A DNA stretch of 63,892 bases, filler included, from Olpidium bornovanus S191 (GCA_017911155.1; 29 parts of 29 records of this genome joined end to end with filler, not necessarily neighbours in it), one strand, 5' to 3'; shown: positions 24,046 to 37,444, counted from the first letter of the whole stretch. The notes: generated by a model not told the origin, from the sequence alone. Numbers and translations are program-made.

Positions 24046-26772
24046 ATGACTCGCGCGCCGGCATCCGCTCCGCCGGGGTCGAAACTCCCGAGGCCCAAAC
24101 GGCCGGAGGGGCCGAGCGCCGGATGGAGAACAGCCGCAGGTGCCAGCTGCGCGGTCGAGGCCCGCAGGCTGACGGCAGAACACGGAACGGGTGGGCCGAT
24201 TGGCCCGGGGATTATGGGCAGAAGCGCAGGAGGAAAAGTAACCGCAAAACTACGGTCCGGCAAACGCCACGTGATCATCGAAGGCCAGATTCCAGAACCG
24301 CAGGCGGCCGCGCACCACATCGCATCCGGCGGTACGGGATCCCCGGCGTGGCCCGGCGCGACTGCCGTCGACAGTCCGGCGGTAGGGCTACCGTCCTCGA
24401 AAGTTGCAAAAATCGCCATCGAACCGCCGACCGTGACGATGACGGACATTACGCCGGGAATTCCGAAAACCGTCACGGTCAGGGTCCACAATTTTTCGAC
24501 GGAGATCCAGCGGGTCAGCCTGCAGCCGCCCAGATCCGGCTTTTACAAACTGCGCCAGCGGAAACTGGACGACATTCCCATCGCGCCCGGTCTGGACCTT
24601 CCGCTCGACGTTGAATTTCTTGTGCCACATAATTTTTTTAAGGCCAAGCAGACTGAACTCCAGCGCTTTCAACAGCGGGCGCCGGCAGACGCAGTCGGCG
24701 GTCCCGAAAACGGTGCCCCCGCCGCGCTGATTGGAAGCATCGTGCCCTTCGGAAGCGCCGTTGATCCCCAAGCAAATCGCAATGATCCGTCGGAAATGAG
24801 ATTTGTTGACAAGCTCATCATCGACGTACACGGCCAACGCAGCATGGTGGTCCATCTCGACGCTCATCCGGAAGATCCTCAGCTCGCCTTCCCATCAAAA
24901 CTCGACTTCGGCGTGCTCCTGATGCGCTGGCGGCCGCGGCCGCAAAAAAGTCCGTTCGGCCACCATCAGGTCGGAACTCAGGTCGAAGGAGACGCCGAGA
25001 GTGTAGGCGACCAGAACCCTGCGCCGCGGGTTGCGGCGCCCGCCGCAGATCGGAACGCGCCCGCCGAAAAAGAGCAAGTCCAGGACGGGTCGAGCCCGCA
25101 ACAGGAACGGCTTGCCGTCCGCGACGACAGGCGCAACAGCCAGGCGTTCGGCCTGCTCTCGCCACCGAAAATGGATTGCTACTTGCCGCTTCGGGTCGTT
25201 AAGCACATGACGATCCGCAACGTCGGGAAGCGGAAAGCCAAGCTGAGACTGGTCTATGACAGGTCCTTGCCGCTGCGTCTCTCCCCGTCGTCGATCACCC
25301 TGGGCCCCGAGAACGGGCGGAATATCCAGGGTCTGCCGACTTCCTCTGACGTCGATGTTCAGCTGTCGCCGGCGGCGCTGGGGAAATTCGAGGCGACTGT
25401 GTACTTGGAAGTCGAGGACACGGTGCCCGTGGCGACTCGGAATTGCCCGGGCTGGTCGACGAAAGTGTACGTTCGCCCTGTCCTTCCTCTCTCTCGCTCA
25501 CTCTCTCGTGGCCGGCCGGCCCCGCCCAAACGCGCCTAGTAAAAGTCGCCAAAACTTTTTTTTTCCGACGCAGCAACACGCCGGAGAGAACCTCTGCAGA
25601 TCTCCTGGCACGCCACGACCTGAGCTCAACGGCTTCTAAGTCCTTTGTGATCACTGCGCAAGTGCTCGAGCAGAAGCTGGTGCTGCTGGCGGCCAACGGG
25701 GACTTGGAGCTGGATCCGTCGTCGCTGTATTTCGGGAGCATTTACTACTCTCAGACATCTACCTTCTCTGCAAGGCTCTTCAACAGCGGACCGGCAAACG
25801 TTCGGTGGGTCATCACGCATGCTGGCGAATCCGAGCCAGTGACGTCTTGCGCCAACCGACTGCAGTCCCGGGAAGACGAGGAGAACAAGACCGCGATCTC
25901 CGTTTATCCGAGCGAGGGCCACTTGAGACCATATGAGACTACAAGCGTCGCGTTCACGTTTGCTCCGCGGGTTCGGCCGCCTCTTCGCGGCTTCCGCTGT
26001 TTGCAGACCGTGCATCCGCCGCACCTGTACCAGGTCCCAATGCAGTTGAAATCCATCGACGTGCTGGGGAGGCCGGGCGAAACCCCCGAAATCCAGGACG
26101 AGAGGGCAGCCGTCAACCTCAATCTCTGCGGCAAAGCGTGGCCGCTGCACGTCGAGGTGACGAAGCTGTCTTTCAATTTCCCTAAGGGAGACTCCCTGCC
26201 GCAGCCGTTTGAAGTTCGCAACCATTCCCCGCAGCTTCCCATCGACTGGGCCGTCAGTACCGCGGCGCACTTCAAAGTCGTGCCCGCATCCGGGACGCTG
26301 CTGCCGAAGACGTCGGTGGAATGCCAGATGGTGTTCAAGCCGAACAATTTCGGAACGTTCAGGGTGACGCTGCACCTCAACACCTATTCGCGAGGGCAGA
26401 ACGGCATGAAAGAGTGCGTGAAGCTGGTGCCGCTGAAGGTCGTCGGCTCGTGCATGCCGTCGCACATTTGCGGCGTGTCTTCGGTGATCGCGCCGACAAC
26501 GGCATCCCCGATTTCGGCAGACCGCCGCACGTGCGCAGGCGAAGCGGACTTGTTGCCTCCCGCTTCCTGCCCGTCGGGCCGCGCTACCACCGCGAACGAG
26601 GAAGACCTACGGGCGAGCCACGCGGTAACGGCCAAAACGCCCCACTACGTCGCCGAGAAGTGTTCCACGGCGTTCGGTGGTCGTCGATCGTCCGATCTTC
26701 ACGCCGACCGCGATTTTGGATTTACCGTCACGGTGGGCGAAACGAGGTTCAACCCTGTCAGGCAGTCGCATG
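24046..26772 (+). CDS. CFAP47: Cilia- and flagella-associated protein 47 (ASH/Ig-like repeats), 5' part
   Basis: Collinear matches to the CFAP47 N-terminus as recalled: IPIAPGLDLPLDVEF, VDKLII..QLAFPSKLDFGVLL, ITAQVLEQKLVLL, LYFGSIYY..ARLFNSGP, ISVYPSEGHLRPYETTSVAFTFAP, FKPNNFGTFRV. Probable intron 25467-25573. Confidence 0.88.
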
Positions 26773-26925
26773 NNNNNNNNNNNNNNNNNNNNNNNNNNNN
26801 NNNNNNNNNNNNNNNNTTAATTAATTAANNNNNNNNNNNNNNNNNNNNNNNNNNNNNNNNNNNNNNNNNNNNCATGCAGTATATTAAAAGCTGGTGAGGG
26901 CGTGCCCCGTACTGCGTGATGAGAA

Positions 26926-28240
26926 GTGGCAGCTGTTCAGGAATCTGATGCCCCGCTATTTTTGCACGGAAGGGGCAATTGGCGTCACCTGGTGTTCTTA
27001 GCGAATTCGCCCTCCATCGACCTCGGGCTGGTGGGCCACAATCAGGACGGTTGGCGCACCTGGCTTCCTGACGAGGCCAGCTGCATAAGCCTTCCGTTGC
27101 CATCGAGAAGCGGCGAGGTTTTGGAAAATTTCCCGGTCGGGATGGCTATAGACATGGGTTCTTCGGATGAACTCCCGCCCATTAACATAGCGGAATCGGA
27201 CATTCCGGAACCGCCCGTGCCGATCCTAATCCTCATGGCCGGGGACGGCGTCCTTGTCCTCTACCATATCCAGAACGTCCCGGCCATGATGGAGAAATTG
27301 CGCCCGGAAGGGATGATCACAATGCCCAAGTCGAAGTTAACCGTCGCAGGCGTAACCTCTGCCAAAGATAGCCAGCTCACGATCGAGAATTCCCAGGGCC
27401 TTCCGCTTGCCCCGCCCGCCGGCGGTGCGAAGGCAGGCACTGAAAAGACAGACGTGGTGACCGAGCCTGGGCCCGGCACCACCCCGGTGCTCCCGTTCGC
27501 GGCAGCGGCAAGTGGTGGACCTGGTTTTTCCCAGTCATCCACGGCATCCGCATTCTCCCAGCCGGTCACGACGCTTAGCGCGACTCCGCCCCCGACGGTT
27601 CCTGGACACTCTTTTGGAGGTACGGGCTCGACATCCTTTTTCAAAACGCCGGCCACCGAGGCCACGAAGCCGGCTTTCTCTTTTGCGGCCCAGACGCAGC
27701 CGGACCCCCCGACTGTCCCCCCCACTAGTTTTCCGGCGGCGACCCGGACGGCGGAACCGGCGGCGGCAGGGCCGACGACCGCCAAGCTGGCGTTTTCGTT
27801 CGCTCCTCCGTCGACCTCGGGGAAGCCCGGGATGTCCCCTGCCAAGCCTTCATTTTCTTTCGCTCCCGACGCGGCCTCCAAGAAGGAGGCGGCCCCTGCA
27901 TCGGCTGCGGCCGTGCAGACGTCAGCCGCGGGGGAAGCGCCCGATTCACCCGAAACGCCTGTTCAAACGACGCCGGCTCAAACGACGCCGGAAGCTCCCA
28001 AATCCCCGTGTACGAGCACGTCGCCCACGGAGATCCCGACTACTCCAACTGCCCTGATGCCGACGAAAGCAATCCGGCAGGCAACGTCCGCACCGCTCAC
28101 ACCTGCGGAGCCGCCCTCGTCGGACCGTGCTCCGGCGACCACGGATACATCCAAGGCCAGCTTCTCGTTTGGCCCGATCACGGCCGCCGCCAAGCCCGCT
28201 GGTGCCAAGCTCGCTGGTGCCGAACCCAGCGCGGCGCATG
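26926..28240 (+). CDS. Nucleoporin Nup159/Nup214-like: end of beta-propeller plus FxF repeats, internal fragment
   Basis: LANSPSIDLGLVG..W..ISLPL..ENFPVGMAID..PVPILILMAGDGVLVLYHI, followed by a P/A/T-rich region with PAFSFAA, LAFSFAP, PSFSFAP and ASFSFGP. Confidence 0.82.
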
Positions 28241-28376
28241 NNNNNNNNNNNNNNNNNNNNNNNNNNNNNNNNNNNNNNNNNNNNTTAATTAATTAANNNN
28301 NNNNNNNNNNNNNNNNNNNNNNNNNNNNNNNNNNNNNNNNCATGACTGCCGATGGCCGAGGTATCCATTCTATATA

Positions 28377-30239
28377 TCATTGCCACCAATCGTTCTCGAC
28401 TCTCCGGCGCTTGGAGGGCTCGGGTATGTTGCCGGCGTTCGAGTTGTTGGTTAGGTTGCCGCCCAATACAGGCGGCCTGGCAAGCCCGGGCACGCCGCCC
28501 TGCCCGGGAGGGCCGGGCGATGCCGTGCTGGCGCACGGAGATCCAACGGCGGGAGCAGTTTCGGTCCTTCGGAACGCCCACGGCTGACGGTGGGCCCCTA
28601 ACGGCGACGGCGGGGCGTTGGCGCCAAGGTTGCGGTTGTCCTTCAGCGGCGAGAAAAGCTTCCTTTCCACCGTGCGGTCCTGCTCCCGGTTTGGCGGCGA
28701 CTGCGCATTCCCACGAGCGCATTGGTCGCCGTACGGCTTGGGCGTTTGCTGCTGCTGCTGCTGCTGGCGCGAACTTGCAGGTGGCGGCCGTCCGGCGGCG
28801 GTGGCGGCGTCCGGTGGTCTTACGTTGGGCGGCAAACGACGGGCTTCCCCAGGTGGCGGATACAACAGATGGCGAACGGGCGGAGGAGCGGGCGCCCGGC
28901 TTTCCTCTGACGGTGACCTCCCTACGTGTCCAAAAGACGTCGTCTGCGCAGAATTCGTTCCTGTTGTGCAAGTATCATCGGTAATGCATACGGGCAAAAG
29001 AACGGAGACGCGCAAGGCGAACCTCTCGTCGAATGACTTAACCCACCAAGGCAACTGGAGGTCGGTGCCGTTTGCACTTGCGGAAGCCCTTTTGCGGGGA
29101 ACGCCGGGGCGCAGCTGACAGGAAAAGCGGAGCCTGCGACCGAAGCCCTGGGTGGAGACGGAACATCCGGTTGATTTAACTTGCGCTGATTAATGGTTGC
29201 GGCCTTCGCCGGCGGCGCCGAAGGCGGGACGACATTTCGCGAAGTATCCTGATCTTCCGCCTCGAGCTTTGCTGCGGGCCGTTCGCCTATTGCAGTGGTG
29301 TTGTTGGCAATCATCGCGCTGCTTTCGAGTAGGAACATCTGGTCGGCTTTGCCTGCATTCATTCACCGTCAAGCGTCCAAACCCGGCGAGCATAGACCGT
29401 TGCCAGCGAAGGAGCGGAAAAAGGCAAACGGAAGTCCCACCTCCGAACGAGTCGTCACTTCCCAGGAACGGTTCGTTTTTGAGGGTATCCTCCGCAAGGC
29501 GCGCGTTCGCCTGTGCCTGTTGCGGTTGGGCCGGATGCGGAGCAACAACCGAGACCGCGGTAGACTTCGTGATGTGCTGGACATTAGGTGGAACCGGCGG
29601 CGGCCCAAAGCCAGGTGCTCGGTGCAGAGAATCAAGTTGCAGTGCGCACGGCTTCGGGAAACGTCATTCACCGTGGTATCCTCACACTGCGGTTCCGCGA
29701 CCAATAAATTGATTGCACGCCAGCCTGTCGACGCCTCCTACCTTCTGGGGATTAAATTTCGACAGCTGCTGCAAAAAAGCTTTGTCGTAGACGCAGTTGC
29801 CGAGACAGTCGCCGAATTGCCTGAAACATCTCTTTAGGCCGTCGGTAACAGCCTCCTTTTTGGCCTTCGGATCGGGGCCCGTGTTGATCAACGCGGCTTC
29901 AGGAGAAAAATCTCCGGTCGAATATTATCGCCCTTTCCCAATGGCACGTGTTTCTTACCTTTTCCAGGGCCGACCCTTTTCCCTTCACGTTTTCGGCTTG
30001 CCCGTAGCCAATGTCTTCCCGAAAGGCGCCGTCTTTTACCGTGACCCGGATGACGCAGGAGATCCCAACTGTGAACCGGCCGGCGCTCGACTCGTCAAAC
30101 TTGAGCGCGTTTCGTGGCGCATGAATTAGGCGGCCCGGTTGCAGTTTGCCGGGCACGTGATATGCAAACGCACGGGAGGTGCATAACATACGTAGTCTGT
30201 GGTCGTCTCAACGATAGTCGACGACCAACCGTTAAACCC
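28377..30239 (-). CDS. RAD52: DNA repair protein Rad52, 5'-truncated, multi-exon
   Basis: [16 protein letters not shown]|[47 protein letters not shown]|[31 protein letters not shown]. Low-complexity C-terminus probably ends [13 protein letters not shown] at 28377 (less certain). Confidence 0.92.
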
Positions 30240-30339
30240 NNNNNNNNNNNNNNNNNNNNNNNNNNNNNNNNNNNNNNNNNNNNTTAATTAATTAANNNNN
30301 NNNNNNNNNNNNNNNNNNNNNNNNNNNNNNNNNNNNNNN

Positions 30340-30431
<92 letters not shown>

Positions 30432-32650
30432 ACCGGTGCCGCCGGGGCGCCGCTGCACAACTTTTCTCAAGCCTTTTGGTGGGCGCTCTCTCGGTATCTC
30501 TGAGGCACGGTTATCCCGGCAGCTCTTCTTTCTTGGACAGGGTACTTTTAACTAAGAACCAAAAAAAAAAAAAAAAACGCGGAGACACAATCAGTCAAAC
30601 GGCGCGTAAAGGGGCGGCGGAGATCCACCAGCAGAACCACGCTGCATATAGACCGACAATATGACTGAAGCCGATTTCGCTTCAAGACGCAGATAAAGCG
30701 CTGCAGCAAGGGTGTTGGGTGTAGGGGGCAAGGGCATTCGGGCTAGGATTGCCGCCAAGAGGGCAGCCAAAAGTGAAGCGGGATTGCCGAGATAAGTTCG
30801 GCTTCGGTCGACGAACCCGCAGGGCTGACCATCCCGCCGAACAGGCGGGCACCCCCAAATGACATGCTGTTCTTTATCCTACCCGCGTCAGCGGGGCACC
30901 GGTGAAGGGCGCCGCCGCTTTATCTCGCCGAACCAGTAGTGCGGCCGCCGGGCGGCGAAGGTTCCATACCGCCGAACCGGCGGGGGGGCACCGGCGAAGT
31001 AGGCGCCGCCCATCTCCAGGCGAACCTCGGGCGCCGGCGAAAAGTCGCCGTCCGTATCAGGTCCAGGGCGGCGAACCGGCGAGACAAAAAGGCGAAGCCG
31101 CCGCCCATTCATCCGGCGGAACCGGTCGAACCGGACGTCCAGCCTGAGCCCGGCGGGCGTTGGCGAAGCCGCGGCACATCCGGCTCCAGGCGAACCGGCG
31201 GGCTGGCGAAGCTGCCCGTCCATTCGGTTGACCGGCCGGCACCCGGCGGAACCGTCCATATTCGCCGCACGGGGGAACAGAACAAGGAACGCGCACGTCC
31301 GGAGGAAGGCTCCCTGCAAGACCGGTCCGCAAGAAGCAAAAAAGGCCTCGCCAAGAGCAGGATCCCTGTCGCCAGAAGCAATACAGCTTTAGCATAGAAC
31401 ACGTCCTTGAACGCCTTTCCAGTTCGCGGTTCTACTTGGACAGAACATGNNNNNNNNNNNNNNNNNNNNNNNNNNNNNNNNNNNNNNNNNNNNTTAATTA
31501 ATTAANNNNNNNNNNNNNNNNNNNNNNNNNNNNNNNNNNNNNNNNNNNNCGGGGGCGTGGGGGGGGGGGGGGGGGGCGGCCGGGGGGGGGGGGGGGGGGG
31601 GGATGGAAAGCGGGCGTTAAAGAGGTGAACGGAGCTCGAAAGGGCGCGCGCGCTCGGTTCCGCAGGGGGGAGCCCCGAAGCCTTTTTCCCAACGGCGGGG
31701 CGGCGTGAACGGGACCCTCTTTCGCCGCGACGCTCTCCCGCCCGACCGGAGAACAGTCGCACCTTCAGTATGTTCCAGACGCTGTTCATCTTGGGGGGCG
31801 GCTCGGGGGCGAGTGGAGTTAGATAGAGAGCGGCGGCTGGGAGGCGGTCCCGGCGGCGGGGAGGGGGGTGGTGGGATGTGGGATGCGGGGTGGGAGGAAG
31901 AAGAGGGGAACGGCAACGGGCGTTTCCGAAAGCGCAAAATCTGAACGCGTCCGCCCGCCGCCCTCGCGCGCCAGCGACTCGACCCGACCCGGAAACGGCG
32001 CCACCTTTTCTGCAGAATAAAGGATGGGGGGGGGCTGAGCAGGAGATGCACTGCGCGCACGCAGCCCGCGTTACCCCTGCAGAGATTCCTTAGTCGCCGC
32101 CATATAAAATAGGGCCTGGGGAAACTAGACAATTAAACGCCCCGAATACAGTTCTCCTTCCCTTCCCGTTCTTACGGACTCGCGGCATTCTCTGCGACTG
32201 CACATTCTTCGGCTTGCCTCCAACACTTTCCCCCCCCCCCCCCCCCCCCTACCACCACAACCGCCACAAGGAGGAGGACAAACGAGCTCGGAAACGGTCC
32301 CGCGTTCCCCAATTGGCCACAGAAGCTGCACGAAGATGCGCCCGCGCCGTGCGTCTAAGCGGGAGCGATATGCCGCCCGGAGCGGCTGATTCGGCAACTA
32401 AGTACGCAGAACCGTTCGCAAGACCGGCAGAGAGAAAAAAAAAAACCGGCATATAGGCAGGATAGGCCCTCTTCCGGCTCATTCCGGGGCAACCGCGTTA
32501 TTGTCACGGAAGCAACGGTGAGACCGGCCGCTCTGCGCGCACTGCGGCTTTCGGCCGGTTTCCTCTGGTTCGACTCGCGAACTCGGCACCAGCTCGCGGA
32601 AGGCTCAACCCCACTTTGCAAGGGCTTTTCCCGAAAAATTCGTTCGTCGT

Positions 32651-32734
32651 TCAGAATAACCAGAATCTGAGATACATGACGAGCAGAAGTAGAAGTACGA
32701 CGAGAGCGCCGGCTCCGTACTTGCGGTACAACGC
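32651..32734 (-). CDS. Last exon of a Sec22-like R-SNARE (C-terminal transmembrane anchor)
   Basis: CAG acceptor, then ALYRKYGAGALVVLLLLLVMYLRFWLF*, resembling the Sec22 tail (..Y+RFW..*). Confidence 0.6.
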   Translation of the reverse strand, partial: ALYRKYGAGALVVLLLLLVMYLRFWLF

Positions 32735-32919
32735 CTGACGCGAATTTGACCAGACTCAGCAACGGACGAAAACAACGTGAAAAAAAAGAACTCCCNNNNN
32801 NNNNNNNNNNNNNNNNNNNNNNNNNNNNNNNNNNNNNNNTTAATTAATTAANNNNNNNNNNNNNNNNNNNNNNNNNNNNNNNNNNNNNNNNNNNNGCGGG
32901 GGGGGGGGGGTGGGGGGGG

Positions 32920-32968
<49 letters not shown>

Positions 32969-34918
32969 GAGCGTTTGCCGGCCGAGATCAGGAGGTGTGC
33001 CGAAACTGAGGACAGGAGGCCTCGCCCAGCTTGCTCGAGCGGGTGAGACCTGACCGGGTGACGGTGCGGCCCAGACCGGCGCCGGGCGCGGGGGTTTGGC
33101 GCTTCCCAAGCCTGACCCGGCGAAAAGGGAACGGCAGGAAGCCGCGGCGTCCCAGCCGCGCGGAAACCGAGCGCCGCGCGCAGGCGCACGAGGGGAGACG
33201 GCGACGGCGCGCAGAGGTCGGGTGGAGATGGGGCGGGGCGGGGCAGGAACCGACGGAAGGCGGGGGGAACACACCCCCCCCCGTTACCCGGAGGGCGGGC
33301 GCACAAACGCGTCGACACCGCGGCAGAGCGCCATTTCCCCTCACCTCCCCGCACCGTCTTCCCCGTCTTCCCCGTCTTCCCCGCCGCCTCGTCGCCTCCT
33401 CCCGCCGCGCCTTCCCCACGGGTGCTTTCCCATCCTGCCCTGTTCCCCGTCTTACTTTTCCTTTTTTTTTTCTTTGATTTCCCGGGGAAGTTCCAGTGGA
33501 CGCCTTCCCGGAGCCCAGAATTCAAATCCAACTCCCCGCGAAAATATTCAGGTCGGCCTACGCAGAAAATCTACCAGGACCCCGTAGATGGCAGGCAACA
33601 TCTACGGCCGCCCCCCCCCCCCTTTTCCCCGTAGATGTCTGGACCGGGGCAGACCCGCCGAGAACGTCATCCCGCAGCAACGGACGCACAGCCATGTGCC
33701 AGGTTGGGATTGCCAATGAAGGAAACGGGGCTGGTCACCGAAGAATGCGAACGCACGGGTTTAACTGCACCGTTCCAAGATCAGACTAATCGATTGCTGA
33801 TAACGCTCTCTCGCCGTGGCGACCGACCCCGGACCTGAACCAGGAATGCGGAAACGAGCCGTGGAGAAAGAAACTGAAGCCTTGCGGAAGCTTCCCCGCG
33901 CGGTAGCCCGCGCCGCGACCGGCCCGCAAAGATCCCTAGAAGGAAAGAACGGGCGTTTGAGCGAAAGCCGAACCCGGACGAAACGATCTCCAACCGTCGA
34001 GCACGCTTCGTCGCCCGGAGGGCTGTTACGCAGGCAAAGGGCATCGACTGCCGTGAGACGTGCTCCCCGGTGGTCTCGGCGGCGGCACGGCGCGTGGTCG
34101 TCGCCGTCGCCGCAAGAAACAAACCGACCATTCGTCGAAGAGGACGTCGTCTCGGCCGTACCTGATCGGCGGGCTCAAAGCAGAAATTATGCACGGAGCA
34201 ACCAGACGGATTCGGACCGACGGCTCGAAAGTCTTCGAACGGCAGAGTGTGGGAAGTCCGAAACTTTCGTCGGCTCGCGCGCGCTCTCCCGAGGCCGAAA
34301 ACCGCCCTCCCAACCTCTCAAACAAAAAAAACCACCCACCCATCCCCCTTCCCCCCGGCTGGGGCCGGGGTGCATTGTCAAAAACACGCTTTGTTCTAAA
34401 CGAGATTTTCTCCATGTGCATGCGCGTGCTGACGGGTATGAACATGAGGACGAGGGGGAACGGGAGGGAGAGGGGGAAGGGGCCGGATGAAGATGTTCTT
34501 TAAACAGGAGAAGAGAGCGGGGACGGAGAAGTTCTACAGGAGGGTCAAAAAAGGCGAAAAAAAACAATAAATTGGTCGGCCGTTGGGGGTGCGGGAGAAG
34601 GGGAAGGGGAGGTAGAATGCGTCTGTGAGGAAAGGGGGGGGGGGGGGGCGGGGGGGAAGGGGGGGGGGGGGGAAAAGGGGGTTGGGGGGGGGGGGGGGGG
34701 GGGGGCTGAGGGAGAGCGCAAAAGACGCGTTCGGCGGCGGATTCGTGGAAAGCCCACCAAAAATAAAGAGAAACAAAAAAAAGAGTAACACCAAAACGAC
34801 AAAAAAAAGGGAGGGGGGGGGGGGGGAAAAAAAAAAAACCAAAAAAAGAAAAAAAAAAAAAGAAAAAAAGGAGGGGGGGGGGGGGGGGGTGGAGAGATCT
34901 TGGATGCATTATATTTTT

Positions 34919-35101
34919 CTATGTCCGCGAGAGCTTCTCCGCGACTTTCTCCAGCGCGAGGTCGTCGGTCGACGCGGCCTTTTCGATTATTGCCGCCCGT
35001 CTCTCGCTGTCCATGCGTTCCTTCTCTTCCCGCGTCGGCGGCAGGCGCTCGTTTAACGCGTCCATCTTCTTTGCTTGTTCGAACGACGTGATGGCTTTTT
35101 T
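34919..35101 (-). CDS. Coiled-coil-like terminal exon of an unidentified protein
   Basis: EKAITSFEQAKKMDALNERLPPTREEKERMDSERRAAIIEKAASTDDLALEKVAEKLSRT*; family not recognised. Confidence 0.35.
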   Translation of the reverse strand, partial: KKAITSFEQAKKMDALNERLPPTREEKERMDSERRAAIIEKAASTDDLALEKVAEKLSRT

Positions 35102-35544
35102 CGGTTGTTTTTGAATGGGATGGCCGAAAAAAAAAGAAAAAAAATTTAAGCATAAGTCGAAGCCACCGGCGGAAGTGGGGACCCGAAAAAGAGGTGCTCC
35201 CCGGAGATGGGGAAGGTGTGTGTGTGTAAAAGGGGGGGGGGGGGGGGGGGGGGCCCCCCGGCCCCNNNNNNNNNNNNNNNNNNNNNNNNNNNNNNNNNNN
35301 NNNNNNNNNTTAATTAATTAANNNNNNNNNNNNNNNNNNNNNNNNNNNNNNNNNNNNNNNNNNNNCATGAATTGACTGTGGAGGAAAGGAAGCTGATACG
35401 TCCGGCATAAAATTTATATTACGCTTGCTCGCGACCGGCAGCCCGCCGGGGGCGGGGAAGAGGGCTGGGCTCCGCCCGGAGAGAGAAAGAGAAAAAAAAA
35501 AAAGCCCCAGGCGGGAAAGGAAGCAGAACGAACAAAGGATAACC

Positions 35545-36460
35545 ATGTTGACGCCGCGCCGCTCGCGACTCACTCGGCGCGAGGGCCGTCCACACTGCCG
35601 CAACCCCTTCGCCGAGGCGGCGGCGTCGTCGTCTTCTTCCTCGGTTTCTGCCGACGCCGCCGCTGCCGAAGCCGGCGGGCCGGCGTTTGCGTCGGCGGCC
35701 GCCGTGGAGTCCGCACTCGCGCACCTCAAGGTGACGACGAGCGTTGTTGTTGTTACGTGTCTGCCGTCTCCCCCGGGGGAAACATGCCGCTTTCGCACGT
35801 TTCGCCAAGTTTTCAGGCGCGGCGGCGTGTCTTCCTTTCGCTCCCTGCGCACCTTGACCGGCTTTTGCCCTCGCGCGTCCATCCGTCCGTCCTCCGCACA
35901 AACGTTGTTTTTTTGTTTGCGCGTTCCGCCGCGTCCAGGCCAACGTGTACGAGTCGATCTACGAGTATGTCGTTAATTCGTTAATCATTTTTCGTCGATC
36001 CCGTCGGGACCCCGGACGTGGTCTGTGCGACGCTCTTCCTCCCTTTCCCGTCTTTGGTCCCCCACTACTTTCTCCCCGGTCTCCGCGATCTGACCCCAAG
36101 CCAGCCACTACAAGCGCTTTCATCTCGCCAAGCAGTACTACCTAGATCTGCGGGATGATATCGGATGCATTGAAGAAGCGCTGTGTAACGCCGAGAATTA
36201 TTCGTCGGTGTGGAATAATTTTTCGCGCACAGTAATTGAAGCGGAAGCAGGCGGGAGGAGGGAGGTGGGGGGGGAGGGGGGGAGCGACGTCGAGGTTCTA
36301 TATCTCCATGAGCAGGGTGGTAAAATCTCAACCCTCGTAACAACGCGTTACGCCCGTCTGCTGTCCACGCTCGGCCGCCATCTCCAAGAATGTGACGTAC
36401 GATGGGAAAAAGCTCGCCGGGATGCGGACCACGTTGTCAGTGATGGACACCGTCGCCAAG
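35545..36460 (+). CDS. Probable multi-exon hypothetical protein
   Basis: Exon-like pieces with plausible splice sites: ..AVESALAHLK|ANVYESIYEYVVNS.., ..HYKRFHLAKQYYLDLRDDIGCIEEALCNAENYSS, ..SKNVTYDGKKLAGMRTTLSVMDTVAK|GT. Confidence 0.35.
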
Positions 36461-36949
36461 GTACAAATCTTGACTGAATAATCTACACCCGGCTGCAAAA
36501 TGGCTTAAATTGAGGGGGTTTGGCCGAGGACAGAGTTGAGGGGCACCCAGCGGCTAACCGAGCTGTACACACAAATCCCGGTATTGTTTAAATTTGTCTC
36601 AAGCTGCACAACCACCTTCAGAATTTTGACAGCCTCATGGAAACGGGAGAGTTCACCGCCGCCGCCAGCTCCGCAGAAGAAATGGTTACGTCTTGCTATT
36701 ACGGGATAGCCTTTACCCGTCTTCAAGTAACTCCTGTATTGATCCGACGGAATTTCNNNNNNNNNNNNNNNNNNNNNNNNNNNNNNNNNNNNNNNNNNNN
36801 TTAATTAATTAANNNNNNNNNNNNNNNNNNNNNNNNNNNNNNNNNNNNNNNNNNNNAAAGGCGAATGACCCACCGAACACGAGTCGGTGGTGGTGGACCA
36901 ACAGGGACATCGGTCAGTTCCGGCCGGACGAGCCGGGGTAGCGCCCAAC

Positions 36950-37081
36950 ATGAAGCTCAACATTGCGGGCCGGTCATCGGCTGCCAGAAGACGTTAGACG
37001 TCAACAGCAGGCGCAGAAGTCCGCACCTTCCATGACAAGCGCATGCCGCAGGAGGTCCCGGGCGACTCCGTCAGTGACAAA
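36950..37081 (+). pseudogene. RPS6: Frameshifted 5' fragment of 40S ribosomal protein S6 (eS6)
   Basis: With two frameshifts it reads MKLNIA.PVIGCQKTLDVNSRRR.VRTFHDKRMPQEVPGDSVSDK, against the eS6 consensus MKLNI..P..G.QK..+..DE...R.F++KRM.QEV.GDSLGDE. Similarity stops abruptly after about 44 codons. Confidence 0.8.
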
Positions 37082-37444
37082 ATCGCAATTACGGTTCCCA
37101 CCATGTGTTGCACGCAATTAGCTATGGCCATGTTGGCGTCTCCGCTGTTATTCTTTTGCTTTCCCTTTTAGTTTCCTTTCTTTTTTGCTCTCTCCTTTTT
37201 GCTTATTCATTCCTATAGTTCGCAACATGTCCCTCGACTACGCGGGGAATGTCGAGAGGGGGCGAGTTGTCGGGCAATTTCTTGCCCTGGCGGCCGGGGC
37301 GCCCTAACGGAGCCTCTTGTTTCCCCACCCCCTCGTTGTAAAACCCCGGACCCACCGGACAAAAAAACCACACCAAAAATAATAAACAAACGAAGGAATC
37401 TTCGAGCGGGTAACAAACAATTGGTCCGGACGCCGTGCGACCGT

